This document shows positions 26,331 through 36,383 of a DNA stretch of 64,000 nt, one piece after another (position 1 is the stretch's first letter; every line of letters begins with the position of its first letter). Position numbers and translations under genes: made by a program. The notes beneath the pieces are model-generated. The model ran no database searches and was not told the DNA's origin. It was given only the letters and a program-made list of their open reading frames with translations. The DNA is taken from assembly GCA_036337435.1 (NCBI GenBank), contig JAYZEG010000058.1, positions 68,239-132,238 of the forward strand, written 5' to 3'. The DNA is from Myxococcota bacterium (GTDB taxonomy: Bacteria > Myxococcota_A > Bradymonadia > UBA7976 > UBA1532).

Positions 26331-27092
26331 ATGAAGCTGGCTGCTGCAGGGCGAACTCATGTTGGTATGAAGCGCGCTCATAATGAGGACTCCCTCAGGC
26401 TATGCCGTGAGGAGGGCTTATTCATTGTTGCCGACGGAATGGGGGGCCATGCGTCAGGCGAAGTTGCAAGTCAAATGTCAGTCGAAACTCTCGCCGAATT
26501 CTTTCGGGCAACTGCGGATGACGACGAAATCACGTGGCCCTACAAGATGGAGAAAGATCGGCGCTACGATGAAGGTCGCATTATGACCGGAATTAAGCTC
26601 AGCAACCGGCGAATCTTCGAATCGGCAAGTCGGGACTCTCGTCTTAAAGGCATGGGTACGACCATTGTTGCTACATTTTTCAACGAGAAAGAATGCTATA
26701 TCGGACATGTCGGCGATAGTCGCGTTTACCGATTCCGCGATGGAAAGCTGATGCAACTTACAGAAGATCACTCGTTGCTCAACGACTACATTAAGATGCG
26801 ACAGCTCACACCCGAAGAAATTGAGGCGTTTCCACATAAAAATGTAATTGTTCGCGCACTGGGCATGAAAGAAACTGTTCAGGTTGATGTGCTTACCGAA
26901 GCTCCGCAATCGGGCGATGTTTATCTCCTCTGCTCTGACGGCTTGTCAGGCATGGTCACCGATGAAAATATGGAACATATCCTGAAGCAAGGCGATGACC
27001 TAGATTTGTCATGCGAACGTCTCATCGATGCCGCCAATGACAACGGTGGCACTGACAACATCACAGTCATCCTCATCAAGTGTCTTGACTAA
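26331..27092 (+). CDS. pph1: PP2C Ser/Thr phosphatase, Myxococcus Pph1-like
   Basis: ATG 26331 after GGAGG; THVGMKR.HNED, TWPYKM, HSLLNDY, FPHKNVIVRALGMKE closely resemble my recollection of M. xanthus Pph1. Confidence 0.8.
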   Translation: MKLAAAGRTHVGMKRAHNEDSLRLCREEGLFIVADGMGGHASGEVASQMSVETLAEFFRATADDDEITWPYKMEKDRRYDEGRIMTGIKLSNRRIFESASRDSRLKGMGTTIVATFFNEKECYIGHVGDSRVYRFRDGKLMQLTEDHSLLNDYIKMRQLTPEEIEAFPHKNVIVRALGMKETVQVDVLTEAPQSGDVYLLCSDGLSGMVTDENMEHILKQGDDLDLSCERLIDAANDNGGTDNITVILIKCLD

Positions 27093-27111
27093 GCAAATTG
27101 ACGGGACGATT

Positions 27112-28131
27112 TCATTTGTAGATGACGGTGTTGCAGGTCGATTCCGCCACGCTTAGATTCGGCCATATGACAGTGTTGCTCAACTCGACACCAGACAATA
27201 CTTTGACACCATGATCAACAAACGTGTACGGGCCAACCGATGCGCCTGCCTCAATGTGGGCATCAGGCATGATCACACAAGGACCAATGATCGTTGCACT
27301 GCTGTCAACGCGAGCCTTCTCGGATATCCTGCGGCCTTGTGAATCAGCACACGGCAAATGAGACACAAAGAAGTGTCCATCAAGAATTTGACGATGCGCA
27401 TCAAGATAACGGTCGATATTGCCCACATCAATCCACTGACTATCTGGTCGCATGAATTGACCAAAGATCGGCCCTTTCTGTTTCAGAACGGCCTGGTAAG
27501 CGGTCCGCAGAACATCGCAAGGCCCATCGGAAATCATTCGGATTAAACTTGGTTCGATAATCTGAACCCCAGTGAATGCGCCGTAGAACAAAGTCAGCGA
27601 GTCAGCACCAGGGGCATCCATTTCAGCGATTCTATGCAATCGTCCAGTTCCGTCGATGCCCACCCGACCAAAAGGCGCACCAGGTTCTACATATCTCAAA
27701 AGAAGCGTACCCATTGCGCCATTTTCGTAGTGTTTTTCGAGAGCCGGCCCGATATCGAAATCGAATAGCGCGTCGCCATTAATGACAACTAAAGTGGAAT
27801 TGGGTCGATGTCTTGCGAGCTCCCGGATTCCACCACCCGTTCCCTGCAAATCTGCCTCTTCAACTACATAGATGTCCGGCCTCAGTCGGGATGTATAATC
27901 GGAAACCTGATCAGCCAGGTGATAAGAATTAACACCAATGGTGTCAATCCCGAGTCGAGTGAGATGACCGATGCAATAATCGATGAGTGGACGACCCGCA
28001 ATAGGAACTAATGGCTTTGGACGACTATGAGTCAGCGGTCTCATTCTCGTTCCTAAACCAGCGGCCAGAATGGCACCTGAAATTGTCATAATTCGGTCCG
28101 TTAAAGTATCCATGTTAAGGGTGAGTCCCAT
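27112..28131 (-). CDS. NDP-sugar pyrophosphorylase family nucleotidyltransferase with left-handed beta-helix tail
   Basis: ILAAGLGTRMRPLT..PKPL, GTGGG, NGD, WIDVG, hexapeptide repeats. Start uncertain (28131, 28113 or 28089). Confidence 0.85.
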   Translation of the reverse strand: MGLTLNMDTLTDRIMTISGAILAAGLGTRMRPLTHSRPKPLVPIAGRPLIDYCIGHLTRLGIDTIGVNSYHLADQVSDYTSRLRPDIYVVEEADLQGTGGGIRELARHRPNSTLVVINGDALFDFDIGPALEKHYENGAMGTLLLRYVEPGAPFGRVGIDGTGRLHRIAEMDAPGADSLTLFYGAFTGVQIIEPSLIRMISDGPCDVLRTAYQAVLKQKGPIFGQFMRPDSQWIDVGNIDRYLDAHRQILDGHFFVSHLPCADSQGRRISEKARVDSSATIIGPCVIMPDAHIEAGASVGPYTFVDHGVKVLSGVELSNTVIWPNLSVAESTCNTVIYK

Positions 28132-28200
28132 AACCTCTCGCCCAATTGCAAGCCTTCAGGGTAACCTATACAAAGTCGACAAAGATTGCTTGAGTTCAAG

Positions 28201-30165
28201 ATGATGATTACCCAGCTCCCACCACACCTATCCGCTTTGAGAGTTACGTGGTCTTTGTTGTGCGCATTCCTTGTTATAAGCGCGTCGGGATGCCATCGCC
28301 CGGATAATTCATTGAGGCCACCTCCGGCGGTTGATCTCGAGGACGGAGGCAGCTTAGAACGACACGAATGGAGTCTGATTCTCGACCTCCGTATTCCTTT
28401 CTCTGACAATCCAGCCACGGGACCCTATACCATCTTGGTTATGGAGACAGAGACCGATCAGGTGGTGCTACAAATTGACGTCCCATTTATTGACACATGG
28501 CCGCATACCATTCGATCAGACAAACAATTGAGGGGCTCTCATCAATTGGTCGCCTTTCTTGACAGAAACGCTGATGGACAATTTGATAACTGCCCGTTCC
28601 CATCCACCATGAATGCGACGGAGTCCGCCGATCAATTTGACAATATTCAATCGACAAAAACAGTTACATTCCCGCTCAATAACAGCGTTGAGCTCAATTT
28701 TGAGCGCCGCATCTGCGGACCGGGTGTGATGGCCACGAAACTCGTAGGAAGCATCGAAGGGCTCGACTTCCCGACAGACGGACCCCTCAGACTAACGGCT
28801 GTCAATCGACAGGACGATTCAGTAATCAGGGTTCAGGTCGTGCCCTACACCGATCAAAGCACAAATTCGGTGCGCTTCGAAATTCCTGAATTTTTGCCTG
28901 GGGTCTATGACGTAACTCTCTTTACTGACGAGGATGATGACTTCAATCCAACATCGTGCGATGCGCTTTTCGGAGGGGCTGATAGACATGTAGCCTCGCC
29001 CGTCTCCGTCACTATCCTCGACGGTGTATCAAATGAGGTCGATGCACCATTTCAATTCAGCCCGTCAGTATGTCCGGAGCGATTGACCGGGGTGTCCGGG
29101 TCCATTGGTTTTGGCTCCACCATCCCTATTGGTGATCTAAACCAATCATCGCTATCTGGACTCGTGGAAGGAAAACTCTGGATTAATCTGTATCCGCTCG
29201 ACGATAACTCTGAGTCTATCGATGTCCCGATCGAAACTGATCTCCTCGCTCGGAGTGGACCATTGAAGTACACGGTTACAGGCGTGCCAACCGGTCTCTG
29301 GAGACTGACGGCCTATATCGATCGAGATGAGGACCGATTCTTCAGTCCATGCAACACTGTTGGCGGAGGCCTGGATGCGATTTCTGGGTCTGTGGACTCT
29401 ATCCGAATTCAACCAGAAGAAATTAGCCGAACCGGAGACGTTGTCCTCGACGTCATCGAATGCGACGAATCGAGCCTCAGTGCGGTGCGGGGGGAACTGA
29501 CCATTGTCGGAGAGAGCGGGCCTATCGGCAGTGGTCGACGGGTCAACCTACACGTGACCAAATCAGACCAAGTTGGCGATTCCCAAACGATTACAATTTT
29601 CGAAAACCATAACGACCACATTGGCGCAACAAGCCAATTTTTAAAACAGCTGAATCCAGGTCAGTACACTGGCCAATTCTTTGTCGACACAACACGTGAC
29701 GCTCTATTCAATACGTGTACACCAGACACATATGGTGACCGCTATGTGAGCCAGGATATTGCCTTTGATATTTCAGAAAACACGATTACGGAGCTGGGTT
29801 CATTCGTGCTGACGCCGGCCGCTGACTGCCATGACGCAAGCCAAGAGGTCCAGATTGTTGTGGACGCCTCGAATGTGTCAACCGTCATCCCGCAAGACAT
29901 GTATCTACTTGTTTCGGAATCGGGTGGCTGGACGGAGATCTTCTCACTTCGTGATCAAAACCTAGGTGCCTCGTTTAGCGTGGGCACATTTCCTCCCGGA
30001 GATTACCGACTCACCGTTTTCCAAGATGCCAATTCCAACGGCTCCTTCGACGATTGTGATCTCGATGGTCTAGACACGGTCTATGGAACAACCGTCTTGG
30101 AAATTGATGCCGATTTATCGCCGCCCGAAACACGAATTAACTTACGGATAAACTGCACCCAATAA
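28201..30165 (+). CDS. Acidic lipoprotein with five tandem ~120-aa DUF2141-like repeats
   Basis: Lipobox ISASGC; five G.[YWH]....[FY].D...[DN].....C motifs. Confidence 0.7.
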   Translation: MMITQLPPHLSALRVTWSLLCAFLVISASGCHRPDNSLRPPPAVDLEDGGSLERHEWSLILDLRIPFSDNPATGPYTILVMETETDQVVLQIDVPFIDTWPHTIRSDKQLRGSHQLVAFLDRNADGQFDNCPFPSTMNATESADQFDNIQSTKTVTFPLNNSVELNFERRICGPGVMATKLVGSIEGLDFPTDGPLRLTAVNRQDDSVIRVQVVPYTDQSTNSVRFEIPEFLPGVYDVTLFTDEDDDFNPTSCDALFGGADRHVASPVSVTILDGVSNEVDAPFQFSPSVCPERLTGVSGSIGFGSTIPIGDLNQSSLSGLVEGKLWINLYPLDDNSESIDVPIETDLLARSGPLKYTVTGVPTGLWRLTAYIDRDEDRFFSPCNTVGGGLDAISGSVDSIRIQPEEISRTGDVVLDVIECDESSLSAVRGELTIVGESGPIGSGRRVNLHVTKSDQVGDSQTITIFENHNDHIGATSQFLKQLNPGQYTGQFFVDTTRDALFNTCTPDTYGDRYVSQDIAFDISENTITELGSFVLTPAADCHDASQEVQIVVDASNVSTVIPQDMYLLVSESGGWTEIFSLRDQNLGASFSVGTFPPGDYRLTVFQDANSNGSFDDCDLDGLDTVYGTTVLEIDADLSPPETRINLRINCTQ

Positions 30166-30172
30166 AGCCGCG

Positions 30173-30201
30173 TTGACACAAAACAAAGCCCTCCTTATAT
30201 T
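30173..30201 (+). promoter_or_regulatory. Near-consensus sigma70 promoter
   Basis: TTGACA-17nt-TATATT, 41 nt upstream of the GT2 ATG. Confidence 0.7.
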
Positions 30202-30242
30202 ACCGAAATTTTGTTTTTGTAATGGTTATTTGAGCCCTACCC

Positions 30243-31751
30243 ATGACCCCAATCGATGTGACAATCCTAGTGCTTCACTTCTTCGTGTTGGGCCTACTCG
30301 TTATTTTTGGGCTCCATCGATACACTTTACTTAAACTCACGCTCAAACACCGGAAGAGTGCTGATCCCAGTGCACCTCCGCCAAAAGAATATCCGAAGGT
30401 AACCGTTCAATTACCGATCTACAATGAACGGTATGTGGTGCGTCGTTTAATCGACCATGTCTGTCGATTGGACTATCCTTCTGATCGACTCGAAATACAG
30501 GTTTTGGACGATTCTGATGATGACACGTCGAAACTCATCCAAACCGCTGTGCTTGACTGGCAGCAACGCAACATTAACATCATTCACGTGCAAAGAGCCG
30601 AGCGGACAGGATTTAAGGCTGGGGCTCTCGATTACGGCATGCAAATCGCCAAAGGCGAGTTGATTGCTATTTTCGACGCCGACTTCATTCCAGAAAAACA
30701 ATTCCTCAAGACGGTTGTATGCCATTTTGAACGCGCTGAGGTTGGTATGGTACAGGCGCGTTGGGAACACATAAATCGGTCTCAATCGCTCCTCACTCGC
30801 GCGCAGGCCATCCTGTTGGATGGTCATTTTCAAATCGAACACTTTGCGCGAAATCGGGCCGGACTGTTTTTCAATTTTAATGGCACGGCGGGCATTTGGC
30901 GCAAGGCTTGTATTTCAAGTGCCGGTGGCTGGCAGCATGATACCATTACGGAAGATTTAGACCTCTCGTATAGAGCGCAACTCAAAGGTTGGAAGTTTAT
31001 TTATCTGCGGGACCTGAGCGTTCCTGCAGAGTTGCCAGGTGATATGAATGCATTCAAAACACAACAACATCGTTGGGCAAAAGGATCAATTCAAGTCGCT
31101 CGGAAGCAGTTGAAGACCATCATCAAGAGCGAACAGCCATGGCGAGTCAAACTCGAAGCCGTTCTGCATCTTACCAATAATTTTGCCTACGTATTGTTAG
31201 CCATCATGTCACTGTTAATGCCTCTGGCGATACGGATTCGAGTTCAACATGACTGGCACGAAGTACTGTACGTGGACCTTCCTATTTTCTTGGGGGCCAC
31301 GCTGTCTGTCTTCTCGTTCTATCTTATAAGCCAACGCTCGAACCAAATGAGTTGGGCTCGAAAATGTCTAGAGATACCCATTGCAATGGCCATTGGAATT
31401 GGGCTTGCGGTGAATAATACGCGAGCGGTGTTCGAAGCATGTATAGGACACCAAAGCCCCTTTGCTCGAACACCCAAACTGGCTTTATCCAATGGTGAGA
31501 AGGGCCATCGATCGAGCACAAACCAAAGCTATAAAAGCCGATTCGATTTTGGCAGTCTCGTCGAGGTTGGACTCGGTCTTATCTATCTGCAAACCCTCAT
31601 CTATTGTTGCGTGGAAGAGATCTACCCAGCCCTACCTTTCATGGGTCTTTTTGCCTTTGGATTTCTCTATACGGCGGCATCTAGCATCCAACAGTCAATT
31701 CGCAATCGGTCCCAATCAAGACGGACGATCCAAACTCAACAATCCGCATGA
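30243..31751 (+). CDS. Glycosyltransferase family 2, cellulose-synthase-like (CESA_CaSu_A2/CslA type)
   Basis: VQLPIYNE, DDS, GFKAGAL, FDADF, TEDLD, QQHRW (QxxRW); TM helices. Confidence 0.88.
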   Translation: MTPIDVTILVLHFFVLGLLVIFGLHRYTLLKLTLKHRKSADPSAPPPKEYPKVTVQLPIYNERYVVRRLIDHVCRLDYPSDRLEIQVLDDSDDDTSKLIQTAVLDWQQRNINIIHVQRAERTGFKAGALDYGMQIAKGELIAIFDADFIPEKQFLKTVVCHFERAEVGMVQARWEHINRSQSLLTRAQAILLDGHFQIEHFARNRAGLFFNFNGTAGIWRKACISSAGGWQHDTITEDLDLSYRAQLKGWKFIYLRDLSVPAELPGDMNAFKTQQHRWAKGSIQVARKQLKTIIKSEQPWRVKLEAVLHLTNNFAYVLLAIMSLLMPLAIRIRVQHDWHEVLYVDLPIFLGATLSVFSFYLISQRSNQMSWARKCLEIPIAMAIGIGLAVNNTRAVFEACIGHQSPFARTPKLALSNGEKGHRSSTNQSYKSRFDFGSLVEVGLGLIYLQTLIYCCVEEIYPALPFMGLFAFGFLYTAASSIQQSIRNRSQSRRTIQTQQSA

Positions 31752-33190
31752 TCAAGGGTCGCTACGGTGATTTATCACCACTTCTATTCGGGGTTTTAGC
31801 AGGACTCACTCCACCGTTGCTGTTTTTTTCAGCGAGTTCAGCTGGGTTACATTCACAATATGCGCTCATTTATGGATACGGGCTTGCTGGAATCCCCTTC
31901 TACATCATGTGGATCAAGGTAGAAAAACTACCCCAAGAGAGAACCACGCTTCTGGCGATTTTAACTCTTGCGGCTTGTGTCCGTTTTTTGAGCCTCACCG
32001 TACCGCCACTACTATCAGAAGACCTTTGGAGGTACATATGGGACGGGTCTATAAGCTGGAATCATATCAACCCCTACACCTACGCACCCAATGATCCAAG
32101 CCTCGATCTCTTAAGTCGGACCGAGAATCTCTCGATGGTTCGAGATCAAATAGGCCACGGGGAAATCCCGACTATTTATCCTCCGGGTGCACAGCTTATT
32201 TTTGCCCTCGCAACCAGCGGGGGTCCATCCCAAATGATGATGAGAACAATGATGATAGCTGGGGATCTCATCAGTATTTTTATGATTTGGAAACTTGCTG
32301 AAATTCGGAAAATACATCCTGGCTGCTCTGCTTTATATGCGTTCCTCCCCCTGGCATGTATGGAGTCAAGCATTGGAGGTCATGTTGATTCGGTTGGTAT
32401 CGCATTTCTTCTGACAGGGGCTTATTTTTCAGCGAATAGACGCTTATTACTGGCGGCAATTTCGCTGACTTTCGCAGCTGGAATTAAATTGGCTCCCTTG
32501 GTTCTACTGATCTTTCTCTTTCGACAAAACAAGCGCCTCTTCTGGTCTTTATTGTCCGTCACAGGAGCCTTTATTCTATGGTCTGCAATCCAATATCAAA
32601 CGTACCCCAAGGGTCTTGTTGCGTTCGCTCATAAATGGCGGGGAAATGATGGCTTATTTGGCCTGATTTATGCTGTATCCGAAATGAGCATACCGGTCTT
32701 TTCAGAAATAATTCGGACGTCACCGTGGGCTACGAAGATCGTTTATGTATTGGTCGGTGGGGACACAATCAATCCGCTCACGAACTCTCAGTGCGCGTTT
32801 GCATTGAGCAAAATTTGCGTTCTATTCATCCTCGGCTTAATGACGCTGTGGACGCTTTTAAAATGTACTAACTTGCTCAATGCCTGGTGGCTTTTCATGG
32901 GTACTCTGTTGCTAATTTCCCCCATGGTGCACCCGTGGTACTTAGTTTGGGTACTTCCAATTTGCTGCTTGGCCAATGGCGATGAGTCCAAACGCTTTGC
33001 CCAAGCGTTCATTGTCTGGGGACTTGTTTGCTGGCTAGCATACTTGCCCAGACCACAATACCTCGAGACAGGCATCTGGACTGAGCAAGCCTGGATTAAA
33101 GTACTCGAATATGGTCCAGTTTGGAGTTTACTCATCATGGCAATCATTGGTCATTTTCGAACGAATCGAGTCCAGGCGAAGCGCGATTAA
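31748..33190 (+). CDS. GT-C fold membrane glycosyltransferase (GT87/DUF2029-like)
   Basis: SEDLWRYIWDG, NPY, TIYPP, GHVD, IKL.P, HPWY; many TM helices; ATGA-coupled to GT2. Confidence 0.75.
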   Translation: MIKGRYGDLSPLLFGVLAGLTPPLLFFSASSAGLHSQYALIYGYGLAGIPFYIMWIKVEKLPQERTTLLAILTLAACVRFLSLTVPPLLSEDLWRYIWDGSISWNHINPYTYAPNDPSLDLLSRTENLSMVRDQIGHGEIPTIYPPGAQLIFALATSGGPSQMMMRTMMIAGDLISIFMIWKLAEIRKIHPGCSALYAFLPLACMESSIGGHVDSVGIAFLLTGAYFSANRRLLLAAISLTFAAGIKLAPLVLLIFLFRQNKRLFWSLLSVTGAFILWSAIQYQTYPKGLVAFAHKWRGNDGLFGLIYAVSEMSIPVFSEIIRTSPWATKIVYVLVGGDTINPLTNSQCAFALSKICVLFILGLMTLWTLLKCTNLLNAWWLFMGTLLLISPMVHPWYLVWVLPICCLANGDESKRFAQAFIVWGLVCWLAYLPRPQYLETGIWTEQAWIKVLEYGPVWSLLIMAIIGHFRTNRVQAKRD

Positions 33191-33904
33191 AAACTCGCGA
33201 TTTCCGCCCGTCCCAAAAATAGGGCTTTCGATGAGTCCAAGCACCCGAGCTCCCAGACCTTCCATAGACCGCGCGATATCGTCACAAACTCGCTGATGAA
33301 TCTCAGGGTCTGTCACGATCCCTTTCTCTCCAACTTCATCTTTTCGCGCTTCGAATTGCGGCTTAATGAGTAAAACAGCCGATGCCTTTGGCTTGAGCAG
33401 AGGCAAAACCGGTGGGATGAGCCGTATGAGAGAATTAAATGACAAGTCTGCTACGACAAGATCAATGGGTTCGGTGATGTGTTCCCGGGTCAAATCGGCT
33501 ACGTGGGTTCGCTCGAGACAAACAACCTTGTCATGGCCCCTGAGGGACCAATCAAGCAAACCGTAACCAACATCGACGGCATAAACCATCTTAGCACCGT
33601 CACGAATGAGGCAATCGGTAAACCCGCCCGTGGACGCACCCAGATCGAGGCATATCAACCCAGAGACATCGATCTCGAATGCACGCAAGGCTCCCTCAAG
33701 TTTGAGGCCACCCCGACTGACATATTTCTGCGCTTTGCGACTTCTCACCCTGACGGATGAATTTTCGTCTACGAGCAACCCTGCTTTATCCAATCGACTC
33801 TCACCGACAATAATTTCTCCGGCCATAATGCGTGCTCTGGCTTCCTGGACGGTCTCGACCAATTCTCTTCTGAGAAGGAGCTCATCAAGCCTAATTTTGG
33901 CCAT
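33128..33904 (-). CDS. tlyA: TlyA-family rRNA 2'-O-methyltransferase
   Basis: S4 domain RLD; YVSRGG.KL; DLGASTGGFTD; KPQFE; GNREF. Confidence 0.93.
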   Translation of the reverse strand: MAKIRLDELLLRRELVETVQEARARIMAGEIIVGESRLDKAGLLVDENSSVRVRSRKAQKYVSRGGLKLEGALRAFEIDVSGLICLDLGASTGGFTDCLIRDGAKMVYAVDVGYGLLDWSLRGHDKVVCLERTHVADLTREHITEPIDLVVADLSFNSLIRLIPPVLPLLKPKASAVLLIKPQFEARKDEVGEKGIVTDPEIHQRVCDDIARSMEGLGARVLGLIESPIFGTGGNREFLIALRLDSIRSKMTNDCHDE

Positions 33905-34746
33905 TACACCGTCCTGATTCGAATCAACTCAATGAAATTAAGTAAGTCATCATGATGACCGTTGATTTGGGTAAGGGTGGCCCGACCAGAGTCAGCTGTT
34001 CGATCTCTCAATTCTTCAATCTGCTCAATGGATAGATGATTAATGAGATTCTTGCCATCGTCTGTTCCGTCTTCGTCCAGATCCAGCAGGTCGTCAGTAA
34101 TTTGAAAAAGAGAGCCAATTTGGTTACCCAAGCGACGATACAAGAGTTGTTGTTCGTATTCGACATCAAGCAAAATGGCCGCTCCTTCGATGGCCGCAGT
34201 GATCAAAGCCCCCGTTTTCAAAGACTGCATGTATCGAATCTGAGCAACGTCGCTTAACTGGCCGCTCATGTCATGAATCTGGCCACCGACCATCCCTGCA
34301 CCACCTGCAGAGTTTGCCAATAGTTTGACCAAGGATTGAGACGTTCGAGCGTCCTTGACCAGAGCCGAAATGGTCAAGAAAGCTTGGGTGAGAAGGGCAT
34401 CGCCAGCTAAAATTGCGTTGGCCTCACCAAAAACAATATGGCACGTGGGTCGACCACGACGCAGATCATCGTCGTCCATGGCTGGCAAATCGTCATGAAT
34501 CAAACTGTAAGTGTGAATCAGCTCAATTGCCAATGCCCATGGAAAAACATCTTCAGCTGTGGCACCTCTCGAGGCTGCAACCAGAAAAGTCAAAATCGGA
34601 CGAACTCGTTTGCCCCCACCAAACAGACTGTGAGCAGTTGCTTTTCGAAGCGTCTCTGGCCAGTCCTCCCAACGATCAAACTCCGATTGTAGGCGGGATT
34701 CAAACTCAACTCGGTAGCTATCGAGTTTATGCCTTAAGCTTGTCAT
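33904..34746 (-). CDS. ispA: Geranyltranstransferase / FPP synthase
   Basis: GGKRVRP, HTYSLIHDDLPAMD, GQ..D, KTGAL, FQITDDLLD. Confidence 0.9.
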   Translation of the reverse strand: MTSLRHKLDSYRVEFESRLQSEFDRWEDWPETLRKATAHSLFGGGKRVRPILTFLVAASRGATAEDVFPWALAIELIHTYSLIHDDLPAMDDDDLRRGRPTCHIVFGEANAILAGDALLTQAFLTISALVKDARTSQSLVKLLANSAGGAGMVGGQIHDMSGQLSDVAQIRYMQSLKTGALITAAIEGAAILLDVEYEQQLLYRRLGNQIGSLFQITDDLLDLDEDGTDDGKNLINHLSIEQIEELRDRTADSGRATLTQINGHHDDLLNFIELIRIRTV

Positions 34747-34964
34747 GTCTGATCTTCATCCTCGCGAATGAGTGTCGCTTGGAGTTCTTCCACGCGATTT
34801 TCTGCACCTTCCAACAAAGTGTTTCCAGTCCGAGCAAGTCGAACACCGTCTTCGTATAGTTTTAAGGCTTCATCTAGCGGAAGCCCCCCGGCTTCCAACC
34901 TCTGAACAAGAGATTCTAACTTTTTTAAAACGTCTTCGAAGTTTTCACTTTGCTCATCGCTCAT
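34743..34964 (-). CDS. xseB: Exodeoxyribonuclease VII small subunit
   Basis: FE..L..LE.LV..LE.G..PLDE....YE.G; lies between xseA and ispA. Confidence 0.92.
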   Translation of the reverse strand: MSDEQSENFEDVLKKLESLVQRLEAGGLPLDEALKLYEDGVRLARTGNTLLEGAENRVEELQATLIREDEDQT

Positions 34965-36340
34965 TTAAATTCCTTGCTTTCATTGGGCGTACCTTGAGTA
35001 TCAGAGTATATGTCAGTCACAAGCGCATCTACCATACCATCTGCGAACAGCACTCGAATTGAATCATTCGTCTGTAACTGACTCGCGCTGCTGATCAGCT
35101 GCTTATCTTTCCGGGTGATGCTGAACCCTCTACTGAGGTTGGCGAGCGGAGACAAGGCATTGAGTTTTAGGGCGGAGTTATTGAGTTGATGAGTTGCTGT
35201 CTTGATAATCGAATCAATCGCGCGCTCTAAAGCGAGCGACGTTGTACTCAAACGGTTTCTCGATTGTGAAAGACGGACTGTTGGCTCGACTCGAATCAAC
35301 CGACGCTCAAGGTCTCGTACGCGACGTTTACTTTGCGACAGATGCCTCCCAAAGGCTTGCTGTAAACGCTGCATTTTCTGATGAATCGGGAGTCTGAGCC
35401 TCCGGGGATCAACGCTTGATTGCAATCGATATGAAAGCGAAAGAAGAACACTCCGATTCGTCTCTAATTGGAGAGTCAAAAGACGAGTCATGGATTCCGT
35501 AAGCACGTCTAGTGAATACAAAAGGTCGTCTCGAACTGGAACCGCGAGCTCGGCTGCAACAGATGGGGTTGGTGCTCTGCAATCGGAAACAAAATCAGCG
35601 ATTGTGGTGTCAGTTTCGTGGCCAACTGCACTGATGATCGGTTTTTTCGAGGTCGCAATCGCTCGAGCCACCTTCTCTTCATTAAACGCCCACAGATCTT
35701 CAAGGCTTCCGCCTCCACGACCGACGATAATTACATCCACACTCGCGTGGTTGTTGAGGGTTCGAATCGCTCTAACAATGTCGCCGACAGCGTGCTCGCC
35801 TTGAACCGATGCTGGACAAATAACAATGGGAATCTGGGGCGATCGACGTTGGATAACCGATTCAACGTCTCGACGTGCAGCCCCTGTTGCACTCGTCACC
35901 AAACCAACAGCGCGAGGCAAAAGTGGGATCGGACGTTTGCGGGATGATTCGAAGAGGCCTTCTGAGTCTAGCTTTGCTTTGAGGGCCTCAAATTGCGCCT
36001 GCAACCGCCCCAGTCCCACCGGCTCAATTGAGTCGATGATGAGCTTGTAACTGCCCTGGGGCGCGTAGACATTCAAACGCCCCTTTACGAGTATGTGTTC
36101 ACCAGACTGGGGCCGATAACGCAAACGCTGAACTGTACTCCGCCAGACAATTCCGTCTATGCGGGCATGCTCATCTTTCATGGTCAGGTATACGTGGCCA
36201 CTTCGATGTGCATTAAGTCCACTCAGTTCGCCCTCAACAATGACATAGTCGAAGGTTTCCTCAAGGTGTCTCTTAATTTTAGCGGTTAATTGGGAGACGG
36301 ACAGCGGACTCGATTTGGATGAGTTGATCATGTCGTTCAT
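34961..36340 (-). CDS. xseA: Exodeoxyribonuclease VII large subunit
   Basis: GELS, SGH.Y, TS.TGAA..D, RGGGSLEDL..FN.E, SAVGHETD, APTPS.AAE. Confidence 0.95.
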   Translation of the reverse strand: MNDMINSSKSSPLSVSQLTAKIKRHLEETFDYVIVEGELSGLNAHRSGHVYLTMKDEHARIDGIVWRSTVQRLRYRPQSGEHILVKGRLNVYAPQGSYKLIIDSIEPVGLGRLQAQFEALKAKLDSEGLFESSRKRPIPLLPRAVGLVTSATGAARRDVESVIQRRSPQIPIVICPASVQGEHAVGDIVRAIRTLNNHASVDVIIVGRGGGSLEDLWAFNEEKVARAIATSKKPIISAVGHETDTTIADFVSDCRAPTPSVAAELAVPVRDDLLYSLDVLTESMTRLLTLQLETNRSVLLSLSYRLQSSVDPRRLRLPIHQKMQRLQQAFGRHLSQSKRRVRDLERRLIRVEPTVRLSQSRNRLSTTSLALERAIDSIIKTATHQLNNSALKLNALSPLANLSRGFSITRKDKQLISSASQLQTNDSIRVLFADGMVDALVTDIYSDTQGTPNESKEFK

Positions 36341-36383
36341 GTAACATGATCCCCTTGCTGAGGCTACGGATGAACCTGTCGGA

